DNA of 64,000 bases from Strigamia acuminata. Its lineage: Eukaryota. Location: contig OX442314.1 of NCBI GenBank assembly GCA_949358305.1, forward strand, positions 3,906,001-3,970,000, in the 5' to 3' direction. A program made the position numbers and the translations under genes. Below are positions 34,132 to 45,102 of the stretch, in pieces. The notes beneath the pieces are model-generated. The model saw nothing but the letters and a program-made list of their open reading frames with translations, was not told where the DNA came from and did no database searches. How positions within the stretch are numbered: position 1 is the first letter of the stretch; each line of letters starts with the position of its first letter.

Positions 34132-37100
34132 ATGTCTTCCGAGAAGTTTGAGGGACTTGAGGATGATTTTAGAGCGATTTGTGCCGATGTTGAGCAGAAA
34201 ATAAACGAAAGATTGGTTAGGTCGAGGGGTGGTGAGTTGTTTTTTTGGTTTTTGGTTTTGATTTTGAATTTTTTTTATTTTTTTTAGAGGAAAAGAAGAA
34301 ATTGCAGCGTGAAATTCAGAAGCAAATTGAGAAAGCCGACGCTTTGTGGAATGAATTGGAGAGTGAAGTCCGTTTTGCGCCGCAGCCGTTCCGAAATGAC
34401 ATGTCGTACAAAGTGAGACGATACAAGGAGCACTTGTCACAACTTCGTGTCAAATTGGTTCGGAATTGGATGCATTTTCGTAAATTATTTGTGTGTTCAT
34501 TTTTTAAAAATTTTGTTTTAGAAACATTCCTACACGGTTGTTAGCCCGGATGAACAAGATGGTTACGAAGGAACGAATCCATTTATTGATGTAAGCTGCT
34601 CAGCGATATGTTTTCGGTGTTAAATTGCCGTGTTTGCATCTTAAAAATGAATTTTTACATGAAAAAATGCAGTTTCGTGTCAAAAAATCTATACTCTCAG
34701 CTTAAAAATGCATTTTTTACGTTTAAAAATATAGTTTTTTGACATGAAAATGCATTTTAAACGTGAAAAATGCATTTTTAAACGTGAAAAACGTGTTTTT
34801 AATAGTAAAAAACGTGTTTTTAATCGTAAAAAACGTGTTTTTAATCGCGAAACGTGTTTTTAATCGTGAGAAACGTATTTTTAATCGTAAAAAACGTGTT
34901 TTTAATCGTAAAAATCGTGTTTTTAATCGTAAAAATCGTGTTTTTAATCGCGAAACGTGTTTTTAATCGTGAGAAACGTATTTTTAATCGTAAAAAACGT
35001 GTTTTTAATCGTAAAAAACGTGTTTTTAATCGCGAAACGTGTTTTTAATCGTGAGAAACGTATTTTTAATCGTAAAAAACGTGTTTTTAATCGTAAAAAA
35101 CGTGTTTTTAATCGTAAAAAACGTGTTTTTAATCGCGAAACGTGTTTTTAATCGTGAGAAACGTATTTTTAATCGTAAAAAACGTGTTTTTAATCGTAAA
35201 AATCGTGTTTTTAATCGTAAAAATCGTGTTTTTAATCGCGAAACGTGTTTTTAATCGTGAGAAACGTATTTTTAATCGTAAAAAACGTGTTTTTAATCGT
35301 AAAAAACGTGTTTTTAATCGCGAAACGTGTTTTTAATCGTGAGAAACGTATTTTTAATCGTAAAAAACGTGTTTTTAATCGTAAAAAACGTGTTTTTAAT
35401 CGTAAAAATCGTGTTTTTTTTTACGATTAAAAATACGTTTTTCACGATAAAAAACACGTTTCGCGATTAAAAACACGTTTTTTACGATTAAAAACACGTT
35501 TTTTACGATTAAAAACACGTTTTTCACGGGGATGGACTAATCGGCAGCTGTCAATCGTCAGCTGTCAGCTGTCAGCTGGCAGCTGGCAGCTGACGAATCG
35601 GATTATGTCGCTAATCCGCAAAAAACGCCGAAACTAATCGGCAGCTGGCAGCTGTCAATCGTCAGCTGCCGCCGATTTTTGGCTCCGATTTTCGACCGTC
35701 AGCTGCGCCGGTTTTTGGCCGACAGCTGCCGGTAGCTGCGTCGGTTTTAGACCGGCAGCTGCGCTGGTTTTGACCGGCAGCTGGGCCGGTTTTGGGCCGG
35801 CAGCTGCGCCGGTTTTCGATCGTCAGTTGCCGGCAATTTTCGATCGTCAGCTGCCGCCGATTTTTGACGTACAGCTGACAAATTTTGGTCGGCAGCTGCG
35901 CTGGTTTTGACCGGCAGCTGGGCCGGTTTTGACCGGCAGCTGCGCCGGTTTTTGGCCGGCAGCTGACGATTTTTCACCGGCAGCTGCCACGATTTTTGGC
36001 GGACTAATGCGCCGATTTTTGGCCGACAGCTGCCGCCGGTTTTTGACGTACAGCTGACGATTTTTGAATTTGATGGCAGCATTTTCAATCGTGTATTTGA
36101 CCGGCAGCTGCGCCGGTTTTAGATCGGCAGCTGCGTCGATTTTTGACCGGCAGTTGCGACGATTTTTGACCGTCAGCTGCTGGTTTTCGACCGTCAGCGC
36201 TATGAAATACACATGAAATACACGTGAAATACTACAAAATATGAAATGAAATACTACAAATAAATATGAATATAAATATATATGAATATAAATGAATATA
36301 AATGAATACAAATGAATACAAATATAAATTAATAAATATAAATGAAATAAATACTACAAATGAAATGAAATACTGTCGGGCCAAAATCGCCGGCCAAAAA
36401 TCGTCAGCTGTACGTCAAAAATCGCCGGCAGCTGACGATCGAAAACCGGCGCAGCTGCCGGCCCAAAACCGGCCCAGCTGCCGGTCAAAACCAGCGCAGC
36501 TGCCGACCAAAAATCGCCAGCTGTCCGCCAAAAATCAATCGCCGGCGGCTGCCGGCCCAAAACCGGCCCAGCTGCCGGTCTAAAACCGACGCAGCTACCG
36601 GCAGCTGTCGGCCAAAAACCGGCGCAGCTGACGGTCGAAAATCGGAGCCAAAAATCGGCGGCAGCTGACGATTGACAGCTGCCAGCTGCCGATTAGTTTC
36701 GGCGTTTTTTGCGGATTAGCGACATAATCCGATTCGTCAGCTGCCAGCTGCCAGCTGACAGCTGACAGCTGACGATTGACAGCTGCCGATTAGTCCATCC
36801 CTTTTTCACGTTTTAAAATGAATTTTTCACGTTTTAAAATGAATTTTTCACGTTTAAAATGCATTTTCATGTCAAAAAAACTATATTATATAAAAATCTC
36901 TTTGCGTTTTAAATGTATTTTTTGTTTCAATCTAATCAGGGTACAAGTGCTCACAATCGAGGAATACTCCTTCAAACAAATAGCGTTTTGAATCGCACAT
37001 CAGAGCGAATCGCACGATCGCACGTAATCGCAGTGGAGACGGATGAAATCGGTCAAAACATCGTGACCGATCTCGCGGAACAACGTGAATCGCTTCTCAA

Positions 37101-37392
37101 CACCAAGGACAGAGTACAAAATCATCTTTTTCACTTTTATAAATTTATTTACGTTTACCTAAATAAAATTTTCTTGCGAAACAGCTCGAAGAAACGGACC
37201 AAACGTTAAGTCGAAGCCGAAGGATCCTTAACGCAATGTCGAGAAGGTAAAACGAAGTCAAAATTAACAGATTTGATTTGATTCTATCCAAATTTCAGTA
37301 TGCTAGGCAACAAATTGATACTTATCGTCGTCATCTTAATCGAAATCGGAATTTTCATCGGCGTGTTGTACATGAGGTTTTTAAAAAAATAA
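34132..37392 (+). CDS. Vti1b: Qb-SNARE Vti1b, multi-exon
   Basis: MSSEKFEGLEDDFR; EEKKKLQRE...EVRFAPQPFRNDMSYKVRRY; SNARE motif ETDEIGQNIVTDLAEQRESLLNTKDR; C-terminal TM NKLILIVVILIEIGIFIGVLYMRF. Confidence 0.9.
34763..35527. repeat. ~21-bp minisatellite with an inverted block
   Basis: (tttttaatcgtaaaaaacgtg)n switches to the reverse-complement orientation at ~35420. Confidence 0.9.
35529..36801. mobile_element. MULE/foldback-like non-autonomous element
   Basis: ~230-bp perfect TIRs starting GGGATGGACTAATCGG; 9-bp TSD TTTTTCACG (35520-35528, 36802-36810); internal CAGCTG-rich subrepeats. Confidence 0.9.
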
Positions 37393-38165
37393 TCAAAGAA
37401 ATTAATTAATTAGAATACATAAACATTAGAAGAAATTTCAAATTCTTTTTTTTCTCGTTATTCCTATTTTTGGGCTCATTTTGCGAGTCCTTTCTCGAGA
37501 AAGTGAGAGAAATAAATAAATAAATAAACCGTAAAGTTGCTAAATGTTGTCACTAGAGCATGCTGTATCGCAATGAAGCGCCAAATTCAAATTGATAAAG
37601 AAGCCCAAAGTGTGGTTAACCACCTGGCAACTGTGTTGGTGGCTACTGTGATATTTGCAGCACAACAGAACTCGGTATCCACCACAAAGAACCTTGAATC
37701 AATAGTGTAACGGTAAATAACTGGTTATTTACCTCAGTTGTGACAATGTGGTGAAATCAGCCAACCATAAATAAAATATATAAATAAAAATTTATTTGCA
37801 TTAACTATTCCTGGTCTTATTGCTGAGTAGTGTCTAGATGAGCCTTAAAATGTAAATAGTGCAAACTAAGGATAACATGGATACGTATCCACATGTTTAT
37901 GCTTTTTGCCACCGATGGCGCCACATAATATATTGCTGTAAGGTATTCTGGGATGACAAGAGGTAACAAACACGCTTAGAAGGCAAGCAATGCATCAAAC
38001 ATGATTACTGTCATCCAATCATCGCACAGAACAACGAATGAATAGGAAATAACTCGCGGAACCCTCGGCTCAGACGACGAAGTGAAAAGTCTCGTCAAAT
38101 CGGTTAAAAACAGGAGGAAATTACACCACTTAATGTCTAAAAAAGGAACATAAATTTAATTTCTA

Positions 38166-39072
38166 TCAGAGAATGTCTTGTAGCGTGAATCTCTTGGTTT
38201 TCGGTGCTTTCTCGTAGTAATAAGAAACGTGCTCTCTGCGCGCCCTCTCCTTCATTTTCACTTCTCGTTCGCTTTCGAAGTACGTGTTGCACTTCTCCCA
38301 GCCCATCAACTCGGTGTTCCAAGGCGCCGGTCGTTTAGTCCACAACAAACCTTTAAAAAAATGGATTTTTGTTTAATTTTACGAAAAAAAATGGATTTTA
38401 TTCAATTCTAACGGCAAAACATCAACGTTTAGTCAATTTAAACCGCAAAGCATCGACGTTTATTCAATTTACACGACTAAAATGGATTTTTATACAATTT
38501 TAACGGCTAAACATCGATGCTTGTTCAATTTCAGCCGCATAAAATTACCCGCTTTGTTCGCTTCGTCCACTAATTGGATCATTTGAACGTAACTCGAATC
38601 GCACAACTGAGTCGCTGCTTGTGGCATTATTTCACCGTCCGACTGCACGAATTGGGCTATTATGAGCACATCCTACAAATTCAATATTTAACCAATTAAA
38701 AACACGCTTTTTTTCACGTTAAAAATCAATTACTGTGTATTTGATATTTGTTAATCCCAGTCTGCACAGCGGACATGCGTTGTGGGGATTGTCAACCTGA
38801 ATTAAATGCGGTTTTCTAGTCGATTCTTTGATTACTCCTTCGATCGTCGTCGTTTTGCCGTCGCGAGTTTCTCTGACTGAAATTAAACGAGACGAAAATT
38901 AACTTTATAACCTTCAAAAACTCCATCCATATTGTAATTTACTTTCTTTTACGCAATTCGGAGCTGTAATATGCAGTCCTCTTTGTCCGATACTCAGAAA
39001 ATCACGACAGATTTGATATTTTATACCATTCAATACCGATTTTCTCGTACTCGACCACAATAACAACGCCAT
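38166..39072 (-). CDS. mRpS18A: Mitochondrial ribosomal protein S18A (mL66), 4 exons
   Basis: Targeting-peptide-like N-terminus; RETRDGKTTTIEG...CPLCRLGL...YTDVLIIAQF...LC...AGLL matches the MRPS18A pattern. Confidence 0.8.
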
Positions 39073-39406
39073 TTTGGGTTGCACCAAGTAGCGCCGTGTT
39101 GTGATAACAATTGTCAAATCTTATTTAAATTATTCCACAAATAGCAATAATAAAGGCAGTAATAAATCTATAACTTAAAAAAAAAACAATGGTGGGGGCA
39201 TTTTGTTTTGTTTTTAAAAAACATACAACGGCGCTTCGTTCTGTGCGGTATGTAAACCTCGTGTAAAAAAAAAGAAAAAAAACCAAGAACACGCGATGAT
39301 GATGGGTGATGATCGCTAGCAATGTCTGGCGATCGGTAATGGGCGGATGATCTGTAGTGATGATGTGGAAAAAAATATATGCGATCGGCATCGAGTAACA
39401 CCCAAA

Positions 39407-39664
39407 ATGGCGGACGAGCCAGACGTGACTCGCACCAAGACGACGAATCGGGCTGCTGGCGGAACGAAGAGGCAGGAATCGACGACATCAAACAGTGGCA
39501 TCGAAAGGCAGGTAGGTGATGAACTTTATTGGTTGGTTGAACGGACGCGAAACGTTCTTTTATTCTATTTGCAGGCTTGGAACAGGGCAGAACCGAAGAG
39601 CGCTGATCGCTCCAGGAGCGAGCGCTCGATATCGAGCAGACAACGACTCGGGTGTGGCCGTTGA
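39407..39664 (+). CDS. Possible small two-exon ORF (~64 aa) or decayed gene start, divergent from mRpS18A
   Basis: caaaATGGCG start context; CAG|GTAGGT donor at 39512; TTTGCAG acceptor at 39574; no recognisable domain. Confidence 0.3.
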   Translation: MADEPDVTRTKTTNRAAGGTKRQESTTSNSGIERQVGDELYWLVERTRNVLLFYLQAWNRAEPKSADRSRSERSISSRQRLGCGR

Positions 39665-39815
39665 CGACGAGAAACGGACGCACAGTGTGTCCTCGCCTGT
39701 TTGAAGGCGTTTCACGAGAATCCGGAGCGACAAAAAAGATGCAATTTTAAATGTACACCTATGAACAAAAATATCTTCACATGCTGCCAGGCTGCTTCAG
39801 CCAAGGCTTCAGCTC

Positions 39816-40762
39816 CAAATGAGTAGTCATTTTTCTGTCACCGGCGGCTAGAGCAGTCTACTTTTCCTGGGAGCAACAGAAAGTTTAATTGCAACTAACA
39901 CCGAGATTTTTAGTGAACTTAAAGCAAATTTAGTTTTATAATCTAATTATTATGTATAAAATAGATAGTTATTTCTTTTTTGTATATTTTATTGGTTTAT
40001 TTCTACAAAAAAAATTTGGAAATTAAAATTGGAAATGTAAACAAATTTGAGAAAAAAATAATTTAATATTTACACCAATGCCCATTTCTTACAACAATCT
40101 TTCGCATGGCATTTTTGGAACAAAACATGGCATTTTTTCGCACAAAAAATGGCATTTTTTCGCACAAAAAATGACATTTTTCCGCCCAAAAAATGACATT
40201 TTTCACCCAAAAAATGACATTTTTCACCCAAAAAATGACATTTTTCACCCAAAAAATGACATTTTTCGCACAAAAAATGACACTTTTCGCACAAAAAATG
40301 ACATTTTCGCACAAAAATGGTACGTAAAAGATTGTTGCAACAAATGGGCATCGGTGTAAACAGGGGCGGATCTAGCTTTTCTCAGAATTTTTAATAGCAA
40401 CCGTTTTTCTTTTTTCTTTTTTTTAGCGTCTTTTTTTTTTTTTAAGTACATGGCCCAGAGTCTCGGGGGCCCCCTAGGATTTGGGGGCCCGGGGCTCAAG
40501 CCCCAATAGCCCAGTGCTAGATCCGCCCCTGGGTGTAACTCAAATTTGTTTACATTTCCAATTTTACTTTCCAAATTTTTTTTGTAGAAATAAACCAATA
40601 AAATATGGAAAAAATAAATAACTGTCAATGAAATACATAATAATTGGATTTAAAAAATACATTTGCTTTAAGTTCACTAAAAATCTCAGTGTTAGTCCCA
40701 TTTAAACTTTAAAAGTAGACTGCTCTAGTCGCCGATGGAAGAAAAATGAACTGCTCATTTAG
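39816..40762. mobile_element. Nested foldback structure: long imperfect inverted arms around an inner IR element and a hAT MITE (40361-40531)
   Basis: Arms ~39816-40050 and ~40540-40762 are reverse complements; inner IR tttacaccaatgcccattt / aaatgggcatcggtgtaaa; hAT TIR CAGGGGCGGATCTAGC with flanks ggtgtaaa/ggtgtaac. Confidence 0.75.
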
Positions 40763-41005
40763 AGATTTTTTTGGCCATCATACAGTAAGAGGGTAACCAG
40801 TTCCTATTGGCCGAGCCATTTAACTGGTGTAGGTATACATAAAAGTAGGCCAAAATACCAGAAATACAATAGATGTTACACAGTTACAGACATGGTGATA
40901 GTATAAAAGCAACAGAAATCCTAATTAAATGGAATGACTTGTGGAGAATTTTATCCATGTGCAAATTAAATAAATGCAAGCTCATTAGCATAAACGCAAT
41001 TAGAA

Positions 41006-41549
41006 CACTTTATACAAAATCAAAGTAAATGTTTTAATTAAACACTAGATAAAATGCAAGTACAAAGCTTAGATTTAAAGCATTTGATACATTGGAATGA
41101 ATAACACGAAATTACATTAAACTGAAAATGATTTACAAAGAATAATTTTATTGAAGTTATTCTTAAAATGCATAAAAAAAAGTCTAAGTTATCTTGAGAA
41201 AAACACTGAAAATAATCTAAGTTATTTAGGGCTAACAGGAAAAAATAATCTCAGTTAGTTTCTCATTCAATACTCTTAAGTAATAAATCTAATAGAATAT
41301 CTTAAAAGGAAGGGATTGCATAGGATCATCCAGTTCGCCTTTTGTTCCTATAGGAGTTGGACCAGAACTGAGCTCTCTAAGCTCTGCAAACTCTTATATT
41401 GTCTTTTATGCCTTCGCACTTTATACAAAATCAAAGTAAATGTTTTAATTAAACACTAGATAAAATGCAAGTACAAAGCTTAGATTTAAAGCATTTGAAA
41501 CATTGGAATGAATAACACGAAATTACATTAAACTGAAAATGATTTACAA
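41006..41549. repeat. ~133-bp direct repeat (41006-41139 and 41417-41549)
   Basis: cactttatacaaaatcaaagtaaatg...aaatgatttacaa occurs twice, near-identical. Confidence 0.85.
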
Positions 41550-41562
41550 TTTTCTTTTTTTT

Positions 41563-42790
41563 TTTGTTCTTGAAGGGTCGGTAATTTCATTCGTCTTCCG
41601 CGGTCTTGCCTTGTTTGATGGTCCCCAACTTGATTTCGTAGACTGGAAATTAATGGGAAAATTAATTAATTGGATGAGTGTCGTTTGTTTGGATTTCATT
41701 TTCGTTTTATTTCGAATCGTGGTCCCATTTCTTTTCCATCTCTCTTGTAGACGTGGTGGCTGAAAACGAGGAAAATATTTGAAGGAATAAAATTCATTTG
41801 GATTTTGAGTTGAAACAAACTCGGTTTTTAAGTGTTTTTATCATTTCGTGTGTAGAGTACATGGTTTTGAATCGAATTACAGTAATTAGAAAAACCAATA
41901 GTTTTCAGTCAGATTAATTGAGAAATCAGTCGTTTTAAGTCAAATTAAGTGAGAAATCAAACATTTTACGTCAAATATTCACTTAAATTCAACTTATTTC
42001 CGACTTACTTAATTTGAAAACACCCAAAACCACGCCTATTAAAACCCAAGTTTTATAAACTTTCGAATGCACAAATACCGAAACGACAAGTAATCGTCTG
42101 GATTAGCAAAAGTGATAACCCGTTTGCTCTCTTTCAGCACCCCCTGGAAACAAATACTTAATCCCGCTTTCTAGAAGAAAAAATTGGAGAAAAAATAACC
42201 ATTTAGGAACAAAATTGCAATTTTTGTGAGTAAAAGTGCATTTTTGGCAGATAATCATACTTTTAAGACGCAAAAACATGACTTATTCAATAAATAACGG
42301 TACCTTGGATGCCAAAATAAAGTTTTTTGACTTGTAAAAGCACTTTTTTATGCCAAAATGCACTTTTTCGTGCTAAAACGCACTTTATCGTGCCAAAATA
42401 CACTTTTTCAAGCAAAAATACACATTTTTTACATGAAAAAATAAGTGTATAACCGTACAATTGCACGAAATATTCATCCAAAACACCGTAAGTAGCGAGT
42501 TAATAAACATTGAGCTTCTCCAATTTCCACACCCTTGCTCCACAACTATTTCACCTGGTTGACCACGGTGCTCGTGAATAACGACAAAAATCCGTTACAT
42601 CATTCGCCTAACGCGCTTGCATCAATTCTTTCAGTTCGTAATTTCCTCTGATCATCCGTTGCGCATTGGGAAGAATTAGTCGCAGACTTCTTTCGCAAAT
42701 CTTTGGATGGTTTTTACTTTTTTCGTGATTAAATCGTTCAAAGTCAGTCGTAATGGCTTCACCGCGCTTTCACCCAGCCATCTTTGTACA
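41563..42790 (-). pseudogene. IMP4: IMP4 (U3 snoRNP Brix-domain protein) unprocessed pseudogene
   Basis: Ordered fragments RFAKEV/RLILPNAQRMIRGNYEL, ANDVTDF/VVIHEHRGQP, YLFP/KESKRVITFANPDDYLSFR, HHVYK/EMGPRFEIK, YEIKLGTIKQGKTAEDE*NYRPF, with stops and frameshifts; introns retained. Confidence 0.85.
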
Positions 42791-42834
42791 CTAGATGCGA
42801 GATGGTATCTGCGCCGTCATTGGTTGATTTCAAC

Positions 42835-44754
42835 CACAGTATAGAGAAGAGAAGAAACAGTAGGGCAATGTGTGTTAATCCCTGGCCTGTAGTTGCATCT
42901 GCGCATGCATCTAACGCCACCTGGCGGCTATCTAGTATCAACCTCGAGTTTTGTATTGTGCACATGTAGTATTTTTATTTCGTGTTTCCAAAAAAACATA
43001 ATAAAAACATTATTTGCAACTTATAATGAAACTAAACGGCGGAAGATATTGTGGGGCACTCCATTGCAATAAGAAATCCAATGTTATCATTTTTTAGATT
43101 TCCTAAAAATCCAGACAGGTAAATATTATCCAAAACTTGTTCAAACACCATTAAATTTTTAATTTTTTATCGTAATTTGTGAAAAAAATCTAGATAAATC
43201 GTTAAAAATATTGTATTTTCGCACAAAATCATTACTTATCGTTAGAAAATACATTAATTTGTCACAAAATTGCAATAAATAGTTAGAATTTATCGTAATT
43301 TTTCACAACATATATCGTAATTTGTCAAAATCACATTATTTATCGTTAGAAAATACCGTAATTTGTCAAACAATTGCGATAAATTGTTGACGAATATTGT
43401 AATTTGTCAAAATCGTCATATATCGTTGAGAAATCGATCGATTACGATTTTTCTTTGGTTGGGATTCGCACTCACGGTTTCATTCAACTCGTACACTTCG
43501 TTCGGGAATGTACGGTCGATTCGCAGTGTCATCGTCGTCGTTTCCTTCAACTGCATGCGTGCTGTGACGCGGGCGCAACGGTGATCATGCCGGGAATTTA
43601 CGGACGATTCACAATGAGTCTTCGTCGTCTTCGTCTTTGTTGCTGCTGTGGCAGGATTTTAAAATTTTAACTATTTTCATCGGTTTTCATTTTTAAATTA
43701 AGAAATCAGTGTGCTTTTTTATTTCTTTTCATAACTGTTCCATTCTGTGAAAAGAAATGGAATTTTCAACGAGAAATCCAATGGTGTTCTAATTACCTGT
43801 ACACTATGTCGCGTCCTACCTGGTGATAGGTTTAATGAGCTAACGTGTATTACTTTACCTGTGATCTTACTAAATATGTAAATTACCCAAATGAATACTA
43901 AGTATATTTAAATGAACAAATAGGTTTATTCAATAGGCGTAAGCCTTAAAATACACTCAGTATAAAACTAGAGTCGACTTGGTCAGAGTCGAACAAAGGA
44001 TTTCCCAAGATGGCGTCGTCGGTTCCGCGTGGTCGGCGGAACAAAGGCGGCGTCTCGAGTTGTCGTAAATTCGTCACGGATTCGTCGTTCACGGACGCGG
44101 TGGAATGCTCTTTCGAGTCTTCTATCCGTGCCTGTTGTCTAGGGGTTGGTTTTAGCGTCGCAAGGCTCCGTCCAGAAACGGGGAGTTTCTTACAGAGCAC
44201 TCGGACACTTCGCAATGGAAATAATCGTGGGTCGATTATTTAGTGTGAATCCACAAGGGTTATTTTCCTGCTTTCGCGGGGAAATAACACACAGTGTAAA
44301 TTCGTGAGAGTTACAGTTGCACTGGAATCAGCGGTCCTCTATCAATCCTAACTTTTGGTGGAGTTGGCCTGACGGTGAGGTAGTTGCTGTGTTCTTGGTG
44401 TCGTTGGTGTAAGTTCTGACTTTTGGCGGGAATTTCTCCCTTTTATGGGTCAGTGTGAAAGACAGGCACAGCCAATGGGGGCTTGCCACCCGTCACCTCA
44501 CTCCCCTCAGGACACACACCTGCTCAAGGAGAGGCGGAGCCAACACGAGGGGAACGACCCGTCTATTGTAGTGAGCAAAAGGGCAAATATCCGCTCGGGG
44601 CGGAATATTTAACCCCCATGCTCACCACAACTACCACCACTAGAGGCGAAACACTATTTCTTGACATTTTGTGACGTTTCGTGACGTCAGGTACATGCCA
44701 CCAACATCAAAGGAACCGCGCAACATTGCCCTACTGTCTCTTCTCTATACTGTG
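42835..44754 (+). mobile_element. P-element-like non-autonomous element with THAP-domain exon remnant
   Basis: TIRs CACAGTATAGAGAAGAGA...CAGTAGGGCAATGT; 43026-43118 encodes MKLNGGRYCGALHC then (frameshift) LSFFRFPKNPDR followed by a gtaaat donor. Confidence 0.7.
43807..44666. mobile_element. Possible solo LTR nested in the P-like element
   Basis: TGTC...GACA termini and a GC-richer block; no TSD found. Confidence 0.3.
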
Positions 44755-44810
44755 GTTCACTAAGGTACCTAAAGGGGAAATTTTCCCTAACCTGTGAACA
44801 AGTTGCGTTG

Positions 44811-45000
44811 AACAACGCCATTTTGGTTTGCCCCGAATAGCGCCGTATTTCATCCAATCTTATTTAAATCATTCTACGAATAGCAATAATAAAAGTAGTA
44901 TTAAATCTATAATTTAAAATAAAACTGGTGATGGCATTTTGTTTTGTTTTTAAAAAACATACAAAGGTGCTTCGTTGCGCACGGAATTTAAATCTTGTGT
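44811..45000. promoter_or_regulatory. Diverged duplicate of the mRpS18A start/promoter segment (39062-39264)
   Basis: Colinear similarity from aacaacgccattttgg to ...cgtgt/tgtgt, including ggcattttgttttgtttttaaaaaacatacaa. Confidence 0.8.
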
Positions 45001-45102
45001 TGTTGGCCATATATTTTACGTCTTACATACGTACGAAGTGATCTGATTGGTCAACGTCCTAAATGTTGAACGATAGCGTCGTTTTCGGCTGAAGTGTCGA
45101 CC

